A stretch of 32,000 nt of DNA from Bacillus subtilis subsp. subtilis str. 168 (GTDB taxonomy: Bacteria; Bacillota; Bacilli; Bacillales; Bacillaceae): positions 2,400,001 through 2,432,000 of the forward strand of contig NC_000964.3 of assembly GCF_000009045.1 (NCBI RefSeq). The letters are read 5' to 3'. Positions 8,413 to 17,983 of this stretch are shown here, in pieces. The position numbers and the translations under genes are program-made. The stretch's first letter is position 1, and each line of letters starts with the position of its first letter. A model generated the notes under the pieces. It was given only the letters and a program-made list of their open reading frames with translations. It was not told the origin of the DNA and searched no databases.

Positions 8413-9463
8413 ATTGCTGCACCTGCTTTGTCAATGCCAGTCTGATTTGAAAGTAGCTGAACCGCTGTTCCAGCCCGTCGCGAATTTGTTTGATTTTATT
8501 CGTCCGCATCCGTTTGGCAAACTCTGCGATTTGAAGCTGGTCTTCTGCTGATACATAGTCATTAATCATAAACGCAGGCTCATGGAGAGAAATCTCGACA
8601 ATGTGGTCTTCAATCGTCGCTGTTTTCAGCTTTCTGATTTCAGCAATTCGCTGTATCGGAAACCCTTGTTTGACCATCTGCCATGTTTTCCTCGTCGACT
8701 CTGTCAGGGCATTATCTAAGTGCACATCAGAAAGGAGATCCTTTAACAAAGCATCTTCACACTCCGGAAGAGAATGAATAAAATAATGTACCGAAGCCCA
8801 AAACATGATATAGACATACCATTCGTCTTCTTTCAGCGTATCAGCAAGCTGCCTGCTCGTATAACCGATCCGATGGTGCGAGGTTAAGGAGTAGACAAAA
8901 ATTTGCGCTGCTTTGTTTTCAATCTTTTTCAAATGCGCCTCAAGCATGGCAAAAAGGCTTTTTGCCATCTCTATATGATCCGTATGCCGGGACAGGTATT
9001 TCTTTACCCAGTGAAGTGTCTTATGATCCTTTGTGACAGGGATATACTGCCTGCTCCCTTGCTGTTTATGGGATAGGACCTGCACAAGCAGCGAAAGCCT
9101 TTTCCAAAGCACGCCGGCAGCCTGCTGATAATGAGCGCCGTGACAATGAACGGGCCAAGGCCGCTCGCTAAGGGCATGTCTCAAAACTGCTGCGCCGCTG
9201 GCTGTCACTTTGTATGTATCTGATTCAGACATTGGCGCGAGATATGAATGCTTTTCAAGCTTGTCAAGCGACGCAGAAATATCGCTTCTCGAACATTTTG
9301 CCGCCATTCCAAAGTATTTTGCAGTCTGAAATAAGCCGGCATCTTGAATGGTCTGTGACGATCTCTTGCCTTTGAATAGGTGAAAAACAGCGCTTCCCGA
9401 CCGTTCCCCGTTTATTTTGCAAAGACAATCGAGAACCATAATATCGAAGTAATTTAATGACAA
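8405..9463 (-). CDS. ypbB: Helix-turn-helix protein YpbB, conserved partner of recS
   Basis: Long ORF overlapping recS by 8 bp, so translationally coupled. Likely TTG start at 9463 (MSLNYFDIMVLDCL) with AGGTGG upstream rather than the ORF-track start 9472. Confidence 0.82.
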   Translation of the reverse strand: MSLNYFDIMVLDCLCKINGERSGSAVFHLFKGKRSSQTIQDAGLFQTAKYFGMAAKCSRSDISASLDKLEKHSYLAPMSESDTYKVTASGAAVLRHALSERPWPVHCHGAHYQQAAGVLWKRLSLLVQVLSHKQQGSRQYIPVTKDHKTLHWVKKYLSRHTDHIEMAKSLFAMLEAHLKKIENKAAQIFVYSLTSHHRIGYTSRQLADTLKEDEWYVYIMFWASVHYFIHSLPECEDALLKDLLSDVHLDNALTESTRKTWQMVKQGFPIQRIAEIRKLKTATIEDHIVEISLHEPAFMINDYVSAEDQLQIAEFAKRMRTNKIKQIRDGLEQRFSYFQIRLALTKQVQQYD

Positions 9464-9512
9464 CCTATCCACCTACATTCTTCCTGACAAAAATCGTTGA
9501 TTTGCTCTTTTT

Positions 9513-9541
9513 ATTTTAACAGATTTCAAACAGAAATCGAC
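9513..9541 (-). promoter_or_regulatory. Candidate extended -10 promoter (TGTTAAAAT) for ypbB-recS operon
   Basis: TGnTAAAAT on minus strand about 50 nt upstream of the ypbB start; poor -35. Confidence 0.4.
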
Positions 9542-9615
9542 GTTTAAAGTCATCATTAAGGGGGATGTTATGTAGATAACCCCTTATGTGATAAGCATTC
9601 TCAATCATTTTTCTG

Positions 9616-9644
9616 TTGAAATGTGGCAGCAACATCATTACAAT
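9616..9644 (+). promoter_or_regulatory. SigA-type promoter of fer
   Basis: TTGAAA (9616-9621), 17-nt spacer, TACAAT (9639-9644). Confidence 0.65.
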
Positions 9645-9671
9645 AAGTAAGAGGAATAGGTGTTAAATTGA

Positions 9672-9977
<306 letters not shown>

Positions 9978-9984
9978 AAGTAAC

Positions 9985-10016
9985 TAAAAAAAGCTCCCGA
10001 ACGGGAGCTTTTTTAT
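9985..10016. terminator. Bidirectional terminator between convergent fer and riboflavin transporter gene
   Basis: AAAAAAAGCTCCCG-AA-CGGGAGCTTTTTT symmetrical hairpin. Confidence 0.88.
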
Positions 10017-10589
10017 TTAATGGATATGTGCACTTCGCTGCTGCTCAATCCATGGCTTAAGCTTGATAAAAATTAGTGAGAATACAACCGTAATTACAAT
10101 ACCTTTTATCATGTTAAACGGCAGGATACCTGCGACGACTGCTGTTTTTAGCGCGCTGTCGGATAATGCCGGTGAATGTAAAAACCACGTGTATGCCGGA
10201 AGAATCAGAACATAATTTAAAATACTCATTAAAATGGTCATCGCTGCAGTTCCCAAAAGCAGGCTGACAGCCAAGCCCTTTGCTGAGTTGAGTTTTTTAA
10301 ATAAGAAAGCAGTCGGTAATATAAAGAGTGTTCCTGCAATAAAATTCGCAACTTGCCCTACAGGAACTCCGGCCATGCTTCCCTGAATGATATACTGAAG
10401 AACATTTTTTATCGCTTCTACGGCAATACCCGCCAAAGGTCCGTAAATCAGAATGGCAATAATTGCGGGAACGTCGCTAAAATCGATTTTTAAATAATCC
10501 GGAAGACCCGGAAACGGGAAATTTAACAGCATCAAAACAAATGCAATGCTGCTCAGCATGCTGACCACAACTAATTTTTTTACTTTCAC
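10017..10589 (-). CDS. fmnP: Riboflavin transporter, ECF-type S component RibU/FmnP (YpaA)
   Basis: Hydrophobic 190-aa protein with 'DFSDVPAIIAILIYGPLAG' S-component motif. Downstream of an FMN riboswitch. GTG start at 10589 with AAAAGGAG RBS. Confidence 0.93.
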   Translation of the reverse strand: MKVKKLVVVSMLSSIAFVLMLLNFPFPGLPDYLKIDFSDVPAIIAILIYGPLAGIAVEAIKNVLQYIIQGSMAGVPVGQVANFIAGTLFILPTAFLFKKLNSAKGLAVSLLLGTAAMTILMSILNYVLILPAYTWFLHSPALSDSALKTAVVAGILPFNMIKGIVITVVFSLIFIKLKPWIEQQRSAHIH

Positions 10590-10650
10590 TTCATTCTCTC
10601 CTTTTCGATCACATCTTACTCGAAAACGGAAAGGTTCTTTTCCAGCCAAT

Positions 10651-10684
10651 AAAAAAACCGCTTCATATATAAAAGCGGGGTTTC
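10651..10684 (-). terminator. Riboswitch-controlled intrinsic terminator ahead of fmnP
   Basis: Minus strand ACCCCGCTT-TTATATATG-AAGCGGT followed by TTTTTT, between the aptamer and the fmnP start. Confidence 0.85.
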
Positions 10685-10745
10685 GAAAATTAGGCTAGGC
10701 AAAGAAACGTTTGAAAAATTCAATTTCAAAACGCTTATGAACCTC

Positions 10746-10874
10746 CATCTTCTCCCATCCAGACTGTACTGTCGGCTCCGGAATCTCACCGAATCCTGCT
10801 GTAAAGACAGCTCGCGGGCTTAGAGCCATTGGCTCATCACCGCCGGTAGGGAATTTCACCCTGCCCCGAAGATT
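10746..10874 (-). promoter_or_regulatory. FMN riboswitch (RFN element) of fmnP/ribU
   Basis: Minus strand conserved core: ATCTTCGGGGCAGGGTGAAATTCCCTACCGGCGGTGATG ... AGCCCGCGAGC ... GGATTCGGTGAGATTCCGGAGCCGACAGTACAGTCTGGATGGGAGAAGAT; P1 ATCTTC/GAAGAT closes. Confidence 0.96.
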
Positions 10875-11016
10875 GATCATATGAAATTTAATTACATTAT
10901 AAACGATAACTGGTTGGCTGTATAGAGAATTGCTTCAAATTAAATATATTACCTGCAAGCTGTCAGATCATTGATTTATTAGGCTTTACTTTTATCCTTT
11001 ACTGCGTCAATACACG

Positions 11017-11045
11017 TTGACACTCTTTTGAGAATATGTTAAATT
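11017..11045 (+). promoter_or_regulatory. SigA-type promoter of serA
   Basis: Perfect TTGACA (11017-11022), 17-nt spacer, TAAATT. Confidence 0.6.
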
Positions 11046-11085
11046 ATCAGATATTTAGTTTGTCAATTTAGGAGGAAATCTAACG

Positions 11086-12663
11086 ATGTTTCGAGTATTG
11101 GTCTCAGACAAAATGAGCAACGACGGTTTACAGCCACTTATTGAATCAGACTTTATTGAAATCGTTCAAAAAAACGTAGCAGATGCAGAAGATGAATTAC
11201 ATACTTTTGATGCTCTTTTGGTGCGAAGCGCGACAAAAGTAACAGAAGACCTTTTCAACAAAATGACTTCTTTAAAAATTGTCGGAAGAGCCGGTGTCGG
11301 TGTCGATAATATCGATATTGATGAGGCTACGAAACACGGGGTAATCGTGATCAATGCTCCGAACGGCAACACCATTTCGACAGCTGAGCATACATTTGCA
11401 ATGATCTCTTCTTTAATGAGACACATTCCGCAGGCTAATATCTCAGTGAAATCCAGAGAGTGGAACCGCACAGCTTATGTCGGTTCAGAGCTTTATGGAA
11501 AAACGCTTGGTATTGTAGGATTAGGCCGAATCGGAAGTGAAATTGCACAGCGTGCGAGAGCGTTCGGTATGACTGTGCACGTTTTTGATCCTTTCTTAAC
11601 GGAAGAAAGAGCGAAAAAAATCGGCGTAAACAGCCGTACATTTGAAGAAGTGCTTGAAAGTGCGGATATCATTACCGTTCACACGCCTTTAACAAAAGAA
11701 ACAAAAGGCTTATTGAATAAAGAAACGATTGCAAAAACGAAAAAAGGCGTTCGCTTAATTAACTGTGCGCGAGGCGGAATTATCGATGAAGCAGCACTTC
11801 TCGAAGCTTTGGAAAACGGGCATGTTGCGGGAGCAGCGCTTGACGTTTTCGAAGTCGAACCGCCAGTTGACAACAAACTTGTTGATCATCCATTAGTCAT
11901 TGCCACTCCTCACTTGGGAGCATCAACGAAAGAAGCACAGCTCAATGTCGCCGCCCAAGTGTCAGAAGAAGTTCTGCAGTTCGCAAAAGGCCTGCCTGTC
12001 ATGTCAGCTATCAACCTGCCTGCCATGACAAAAGATGAATTTGCTAAAATTAAGCCTTACCATCAAATTGCAGGAAAAATTGGCAGCCTTGTATCACAGT
12101 GCATGAAAGAACCAGTACAGGATGTTGCCATTCAATATGAAGGCACAATTGCTAAACTTGAAACATCGTTCATTACAAAAGCCCTTCTGTCAGGCTTTTT
12201 AAAACCGCGCGTAGACTCTACTGTTAATGAGGTCAATGCCGGGGGTGTCGCAAAAGAACGCGGCATTAGCTTCAGTGAAAAAATTTCCTCTTCTGAATCT
12301 GGATACGATAACTGCATCAGCGTAAAAGTGACAGGAGACCGCAGCACCTTTACTGTAACGGCTACGTATATTCCTCATTTCGGAGAACGAATTGTCGAGA
12401 TCAATGGATTTAATATTGATTTTTATCCGACTGGTCACTTGGTGTATATCCAGCATCAAGATACAACAGGTGTCATCGGCCGAGTAGGACGTATTCTCGG
12501 AGATAATGATATTAACATTGCAACTATGCAGGTTGGCCGTAAGGAAAAAGGCGGAGAAGCCATCATGATGCTTTCCTTTGACAGACATCTGGAAGATAAA
12601 ATTGTGAAAGAACTAACAAATGTCCCTGATATTGTGTCTGTGAAGCTCATTGATCTGCCATAA
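11086..12663 (+). CDS. serA: D-3-phosphoglycerate dehydrogenase, with C-terminal ACT domain
   Basis: 525 aa; GIVGLGRIGSEIAQRA NAD-binding motif, C-terminal ACT region (HQDTTGVIGRVGRILGDNDINIATMQVGR); RBS AGGAGG. Confidence 0.97.
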   Translation: MFRVLVSDKMSNDGLQPLIESDFIEIVQKNVADAEDELHTFDALLVRSATKVTEDLFNKMTSLKIVGRAGVGVDNIDIDEATKHGVIVINAPNGNTISTAEHTFAMISSLMRHIPQANISVKSREWNRTAYVGSELYGKTLGIVGLGRIGSEIAQRARAFGMTVHVFDPFLTEERAKKIGVNSRTFEEVLESADIITVHTPLTKETKGLLNKETIAKTKKGVRLINCARGGIIDEAALLEALENGHVAGAALDVFEVEPPVDNKLVDHPLVIATPHLGASTKEAQLNVAAQVSEEVLQFAKGLPVMSAINLPAMTKDEFAKIKPYHQIAGKIGSLVSQCMKEPVQDVAIQYEGTIAKLETSFITKALLSGFLKPRVDSTVNEVNAGGVAKERGISFSEKISSSESGYDNCISVKVTGDRSTFTVTATYIPHFGERIVEINGFNIDFYPTGHLVYIQHQDTTGVIGRVGRILGDNDINIATMQVGRKEKGGEAIMMLSFDRHLEDKIVKELTNVPDIVSVKLIDLP

Positions 12664-12665
12664 TT

Positions 12666-12699
12666 AAAAAAACTCAAGCTATATAGCTTGAGTTTTTTT
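12666..12699. terminator. Bidirectional terminator between convergent serA and aroC
   Basis: AAAAAAACTCAAGCT-ATAT-AGCTTGAGTTTTTTT. Confidence 0.92.
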
Positions 12700-12705
12700 A
12701 TTGTT

Positions 12706-13473
12706 CTATCCCCGTGTGTTTTTATGCAAAATATCTAAGACACTCCTTAGCTCAGAAACAGGAATTTGGCCTGGTGCGGACGCCTCTTCTCCAGCTCCAA
12801 AAGTACAAGCCGATCCAAAAACCTCACCGCTCAGCCTGCTGATGAGCCCTGTTGCAGCCATTGACATTGTAATAATGGGGCGGTCTGCATATATTGTTTT
12901 CATTGTATACGTCGCATCAAGCAGTGTTAGGAGATCTCCAGTATCATTCGGCATGACAGCCATTTTTGGAATATGCGCGCCTAAGTCCTGCATTTTTCGA
13001 AGTCTGGAAATAATTTCATCTTTTACAGGTGTTTTTTCAAAGTCGTGATTTGACATCACCACATAGACGTTGTTTTCTTCCGCCAGCGATACTAACGCTT
13101 TTACATTTGCATCTCCTGAAAATAATTCGATGTCTATCAGATCGATGTCTTTTGTTTGGATTGCCGATTCCAGCAAAGCAAGATAGGAGCTTTCGTCCAT
13201 CTCCATGCTCCCGCCCTCTTTGTGGGTTCTGAATGTAAATAGAAATAGCTTGTCTTCTAAAGATTTACGAAGCTTAGAAATGAGCTTTGTGACCGCTTCT
13301 CTGTCATTCGCTTTTTCAAATACGTCGACTCTCCATTCAACAATGTCCGGATTCAGTAATTTTACTGCCTCTGCTTCATTCAGAATTTGTTTTTCCGTCT
13401 TTCCCATCAGCGGAATGATGATTTTCGGCATCCCTTCCCCGATGGAAACTCCTTTAATCGTTAACACGTTCAC
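12706..13473 (-). CDS. aroC: Type I 3-dehydroquinate dehydratase (named aroC in B. subtilis, aroD-type enzyme elsewhere)
   Basis: IVEWRVDVFE, TFRTHKEGG, SNHDFEKTP, KMAVMPND, SMAATGLISR motifs. GTG start at 13473 gives 255 aa. Confidence 0.92.
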   Translation of the reverse strand: MNVLTIKGVSIGEGMPKIIIPLMGKTEKQILNEAEAVKLLNPDIVEWRVDVFEKANDREAVTKLISKLRKSLEDKLFLFTFRTHKEGGSMEMDESSYLALLESAIQTKDIDLIDIELFSGDANVKALVSLAEENNVYVVMSNHDFEKTPVKDEIISRLRKMQDLGAHIPKMAVMPNDTGDLLTLLDATYTMKTIYADRPIITMSMAATGLISRLSGEVFGSACTFGAGEEASAPGQIPVSELRSVLDILHKNTRG

Positions 13474-13507
13474 TCGTCTCAAATCCTTTCAATCTTTACC
13501 TTGTTTT

Positions 13508-13536
13508 ATTATACACGTACAACTTTTTTTTGAAAA
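13508..13536 (-). promoter_or_regulatory. Candidate SigA promoter of aroC
   Basis: Perfect TATAAT on the minus strand (plus 13508-13513), weak TTTCAA-like -35. Confidence 0.45.
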
Positions 13537-13558
13537 TTTCTATTATATGAATAGCAAC

Positions 13559-13588
13559 TAAAAAAGAGCCTTAAAGGGCTCTTTTTAG
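13559..13588. terminator. Terminator overlapping the rsiX stop codon
   Basis: AAAAAGAGCC-TTAAA-GGGCTCTTTTT, functional-looking in both orientations. Confidence 0.85.
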
Positions 13589-14691
13589 TTTAAGGAAATC
13601 GGATTTGGAGCAGCTGGCACCGGAATTGCATCTGATATGTCATATTTGCCGATTTTTTTCGTTCTGGTTTCCGTAAAGGTCACTTCTGTGAAGCCAAACT
13701 CTTTTGCAGTCAAAAGTAGTCCCTCAATCATTAAAATACCGGCAATAGAATCATCAACTTCTGACTCCTTTGAAAAGCGGATATATAAGTGTTTCTGTTT
13801 CTTCGTTACAGATTGGACAGCACCCGCTTGAATAAGAGGTGTCGTATCTTCTTGGCTGCTCGATTCCATTTCCTTAATCGCTTCTTTTACTGTATCAAAA
13901 GAATGATTTGACGGAACGAGAAAGTCTTGTCCTTGTTTATTTTGGTACAAGTAGTAGGATCGTTTTGACTGTTTGGGAATCGAAATTTCCGTAAAAGTGC
14001 CATATGAGCCAATCCGAACCCCAGTCTCATTTTGATCCGATAAAAATTTGACTTTTTCATAAGGACTCCATTTTAAGGATTCTTTAAGCAATTTTTTTAA
14101 CAGTGTATCATCTTTTATAGAAAATGCCGTAGCTGGCTGATGGACTCGTATACTTAATTCCTTCTGCTTTGGTTTTTCCTTTATTTCTACTTCATCTATG
14201 AAGGTTGGAATTGTAATGGCATGATCAAGGATGCCCAATTCACTACTTTCAAACAGCATATCCTGGATCGTTTGGTCTGCATTTGTTTTTTGAATGCTGA
14301 CGGGTATGATTGCAGATGTATCGGCATCAGCAACCGCTACAGTGATGTAATTGTCTTGTTCCTTTTCAGGAACGACAAACGATGTCTGATCCAAGGACGA
14401 TGCAGCTTTTGGGCTGTCTTCTGTCTCAGTTTTCGTTACTGCGTTCTCTTGGGACGCTTCTTTTTGTTGAGGCTGTGCCTGATCAAAGAAATGAGGAGAA
14501 ATAATGAAGGCGATATAAACCGCAATTGCAGCGGCACACGCGGGGCCAATCCACCTGACAGCGGGCTTATTTTTACGCTTTGCCATCGTCAGCCGCTTGT
14601 AAATATCCTGAGGCGAACGATGGTCTTTAACTGCCGGAAGTTGACTTAACAACTCCTTTATCTGTTCTTCGTTCCATTCTGACTTCATCAT
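13585..14691 (-). CDS. rsiX: Anti-sigma-X factor RsiX (single-pass membrane protein)
   Basis: N-terminal cytoplasmic domain, TM (WIGPACAAAIAVYIAFII), C-terminal extracytoplasmic domain. Immediately downstream of and overlapping sigX. Confidence 0.93.
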   Translation of the reverse strand: MMKSEWNEEQIKELLSQLPAVKDHRSPQDIYKRLTMAKRKNKPAVRWIGPACAAAIAVYIAFIISPHFFDQAQPQQKEASQENAVTKTETEDSPKAASSLDQTSFVVPEKEQDNYITVAVADADTSAIIPVSIQKTNADQTIQDMLFESSELGILDHAITIPTFIDEVEIKEKPKQKELSIRVHQPATAFSIKDDTLLKKLLKESLKWSPYEKVKFLSDQNETGVRIGSYGTFTEISIPKQSKRSYYLYQNKQGQDFLVPSNHSFDTVKEAIKEMESSSQEDTTPLIQAGAVQSVTKKQKHLYIRFSKESEVDDSIAGILMIEGLLLTAKEFGFTEVTFTETRTKKIGKYDISDAIPVPAAPNPISLN

Positions 14692-15211
14692 CCATTAGCT
14701 CCTCCCTCAAAAGCTCCATATGTTTCCGAAGTACTTTGAGCCCTCTGTGTTGGGTCGTTTTTACTTTGCTTTCCGAGAAGCGCAGAGCCTTGGCTGTTTC
14801 CTGTATTGAATATCCCTGAATAAACCGCAAGATAATCACAGCTCTTTGATCGATTGTACATTGATCAAGCGCAGCATAAATTTCCCGGACATTTTCATGT
14901 TGAACCGCAAGTTCGTCCGGCAGCAATTGCTGATCCCTGACATCCTGTGTATCCCAGTCAAATGTACCGAGTATACGCTGTCTGATTGTTTGCTGTTTAC
15001 GGAACCAGTCTATCGCAACATGGCGTGCGATAGACAAAAGCCATGTTTTTTCACTGCTTCTTCCTTCAAACGTATGATAAGAATTTAATACCCGGATATA
15101 AACCTCTTGAAGAAGGTCTTCTGTCTGGTTTTTATCCTTTACCATATAAAATAAAAATTGGTACAAATCTTGATGATATGTATCATATAATAATTGAAAG
15201 GTTTCTTCCAT
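14627..15211 (-). CDS. sigX: ECF RNA polymerase sigma factor SigX
   Basis: Sigma-70 region 2 (DLYQFLFYMVKDKNQTEDLLQEVYIRV) and region 4 (VIILRFIQGYSIQETAKALRFSESKVKTTQHRGLKVLRK). Confidence 0.95.
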   Translation of the reverse strand: MEETFQLLYDTYHQDLYQFLFYMVKDKNQTEDLLQEVYIRVLNSYHTFEGRSSEKTWLLSIARHVAIDWFRKQQTIRQRILGTFDWDTQDVRDQQLLPDELAVQHENVREIYAALDQCTIDQRAVIILRFIQGYSIQETAKALRFSESKVKTTQHRGLKVLRKHMELLREELMDDEVRMERRTDKGVVKSTSGS

Positions 15212-15236
15212 TTGAAACCCCTCCGTTCACTTTTTT

Positions 15237-15263
15237 GTCGTATGAATAGCTTGAAAAGTTACA
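15237..15263 (-). promoter_or_regulatory. ECF (SigX-type) autoregulatory promoter of sigX-rsiX
   Basis: Minus strand TGTAAC (plus 15258-15263), 17-nt spacer, CGAC (plus 15237-15240), 25 nt upstream of the sigX start. Confidence 0.8.
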
Positions 15264-15343
15264 TTACAACTATATTACGAGTAACTGGAATTTGGAAGGG
15301 AATTTATATTAACATATCCTTAAATTTTATTAATGTTGGCTAT

Positions 15344-15375
15344 TAAAAAAACACCCGCTCAGTCAGCGGGTGTTT
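15344..15375 (-). terminator. Terminator of resE
   Basis: Minus strand ACACCCGCT-GACTG-AGCGGGTGT followed by TTTTTT. Confidence 0.88.
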
Positions 15376-15414
15376 CTTATGGAACAAGATTCTTCGGCAA
15401 ATTCAGACTCGATT

Positions 15415-17184
15415 TTACCGTTTTGTCGGAATATAAAAAGAAAATGTTGTTCCTTTATCTATTCGGCTGTGCACAGTAATTGATCCGTTGTGGGCTTCCA
15501 CGATATTTTTAACGATAGCCAGCCCTAACCCGGTTCCTGCTCTGCCCCTTGTCCGCGCTTTATCTGCCTTATAAAACCGCTCAAAGATAAATGGCAGATC
15601 TTCTTCCGGTATGCCAGACCCGGAGTCTTTGATATCAATTTTCAATCCATCCTTCACAGAATGGACTGAAATGGAGACACTGCCGCCGGCTGAAGTATGC
15701 CGCAGCGCGTTATCAATCAAATTGGTAAATACCTGCTCCATCTTGTCTTCATCAAACATAAATTCCTCTTCTGTGAGAGAAATGTCATGATCTAAAGCAA
15801 TATTTTTTTCTTTCGCAACACCGGAAAACTTCCGAATGATCTTTTCTAAAAACTCATTCACATTGATTTTTTCATAATGTAAGCCTGTATGGCCTGATTC
15901 CATTCGGGCTAAATCAAGCAAATCATTAACTAAACGGCCCATTCGGAGCGATTCGTCATAAATGATTTGGGCAATTTCTTTCCGGTCTTCTTCAGAGCTT
16001 GCAATGTCATCGACAATTGCTTCACTGTATCCCTGAAGCATGGAGATCGGTGTTCTCAGCTCATGACTGACATTTGCGATAAAGTCCTCCCGCAGCTTAT
16101 CAAGGCGGCGTTCTTCTGTCATGTCACGCAGTACGGCAACCGCTCCTCTGACGTGCGATTCCGCATAAAGCGGCGACATCAAAAGCACCCATGATCTGCC
16201 TTGAAGCGTCATCTCAATCATTTGTTCTTTTTCAGTGCTGACAGCGTTTTGAAACAGCTCTTTTGCTTCAGGCGGAAGATTGTCGCCTTCTTTGATATTC
16301 ATGTTCTGTTCATAATACCAAGCCTGAAGAAAACGTTCAGCCGGCGGGTTGGTCACAAGAATCGTACCGTCAATATTAATGGTAATAACCCCGTCAGCCA
16401 TACTGCTCAAAATGTTAGAAAGCTGCTCTTTTTCTTGATTGAGCGCATTGATATGAAAGTTAAGCTGCCGGCCCATTTGATTAAAAGCGGTCGCCAGTTC
16501 ACCGATTTCATCCTGAGTTAAAATCGGGATTTTTGTATCGAACTTGCCCTTCGCCAAATCCTGCGCGCCTTCTCTCATTTTTCGGAGAGGGTACGTGACC
16601 CTGCTTGATAAAAAGAATGCGAAAAATGTGGTCAGCACAATCGCAATTCCAGCGGCAAGAAAAATATAGCGGGTCGTATGTTTTGTTGTATCTTTAACGG
16701 CAAGCAAAGACTGGGATAAAAAGACCATGCCTTTCTTTCCGTCTTTTTCATACGGGACACCTACAATCAGGCGTTCATTATCCGTGTCTGTATCGCTCAG
16801 TCCCGTCCGTTTGCTTACTTTTTTATGGTCTTTGAGAGCTTTATTTAAGTCTTTGTCATGCTGTATTTGCTCAACCGTAATAGACGACAGGCGATTTTTA
16901 TCATTCGGAGAATACCAGTGGTTCTTCTCATCCTGGATGATGGCAATGCTTGTTAAGTTATCAGCGAGTTCCCAAGTGATTGACCTTGCCAGTGCCTGGT
17001 CCTCGTGATTTTCTAGGATGACAGCAACTTTATTCGCAAGCTGTGTTAAATCATTCTCAGCTTCTTCCACATGGTAGTTTTCAATAAACTCCAGCAAAAG
17101 AACCGTTAAAATGAACAATACGATCAAGACGAGTGAAAGGATCGTAAACCACAGCTTGCCTACTACGCTTTTCCAAAATTTCAT
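15415..17184 (-). CDS. resE: Sensor histidine kinase ResE
   Basis: Two TM segments, HAMP, PAS; H-box [16 protein letters not shown]; N box [12 protein letters not shown]; G boxes [11 protein letters not shown] and [12 protein letters not shown]. Confidence 0.95.
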
Positions 17185-17903
17185 TCAGCGCCGACCTCAA
17201 ATTTATAACCTACACCCCATACGGTGACAATTTTTTTCGCAGCTTCCGGAGATACCTTGTTCAGCTTCTCTCTCAAGCGTTTGACGTGAGTGTCCACTGT
17301 CCGTAAATCACCAAAAAACTCATATTGCCACACTTCTTTCAGAAGCTTTTCCCGATCATACACCTTGTCAGGCGTTTTCGCTAAGAAATATAGAAGCTCA
17401 TACTCTTTTGGCGTCAGGCTCACTTCTGTTCCATCAGCTGTTACGCGGTGAGCATCATGGTCTATTGACAGATGTGAAAACACGAGCACATTTTTCGTCG
17501 GTGTATTGGCATTGAAATAAGAGGTTTGGGATGCTCTTCTCAAAAGGGCCTTTACACGCAGCACGACTTCTCTCGGGCTGAACGGCTTAACAATATAATC
17601 ATCTGTTCCCGCTTCAAACCCCTGCACCCGGTTTGCTTCTTCTCCTTTTGCGGTCAGCATAATAATGGGTGTCGCTTTTTTTTCACGAATTTGCCGGCAC
17701 ACTTCAATTCCATCAGTCCCCGGCATCATCAGATCAAGCAAAATTAAGTCATAATTGGCTTCAAGCCCTTTGGCAATGGCTTCATCACCATTTTCAGCTT
17801 CATCTATAGCATAATTTTCACGTTCAAGATACATTCTTAAAAGGCGGCGAATTCTGGCTTCGTCATCAACTACTAATATTTTTGTTTCGTTCGTTTGGTC
17901 CAT
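17181..17903 (-). CDS. resD: Response regulator ResD
   Basis: Receiver domain ([13 protein letters not shown]...[10 protein letters not shown]...TAKGEE) and OmpR/PhoB DNA-binding domain. Start corrected from 17936 to 17903 (GGGGG RBS). ATGA overlap with resE. Confidence 0.95.
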
Positions 17904-17934
17904 GTTTTCCCCCTGCTTTCCTTCTGTTACTTTC

Positions 17935-17963
17935 ATTTTATCAAATCGTGAGAAAGTTTGAGA
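17935..17963 (-). promoter_or_regulatory. Candidate internal promoter (TGATAAAAT) driving resD-resE
   Basis: Extended -10 TGnTAAAAT in the 80-nt resC-resD gap. Confidence 0.4.
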
Positions 17964-17983
17964 ACTGTGTCGCTTTCAAAGGA

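Noticed and set aside
10695-10880. 61-aa minus-strand ORF MINLRGRVKFPTGGDEP...
   Set aside because: It is the conserved FMN riboswitch aptamer read as codons, not a protein.
12199-12588. 129-aa minus-strand ORF
   Set aside because: Antisense to the serA C-terminal ACT region; no RBS or recognisable motif.
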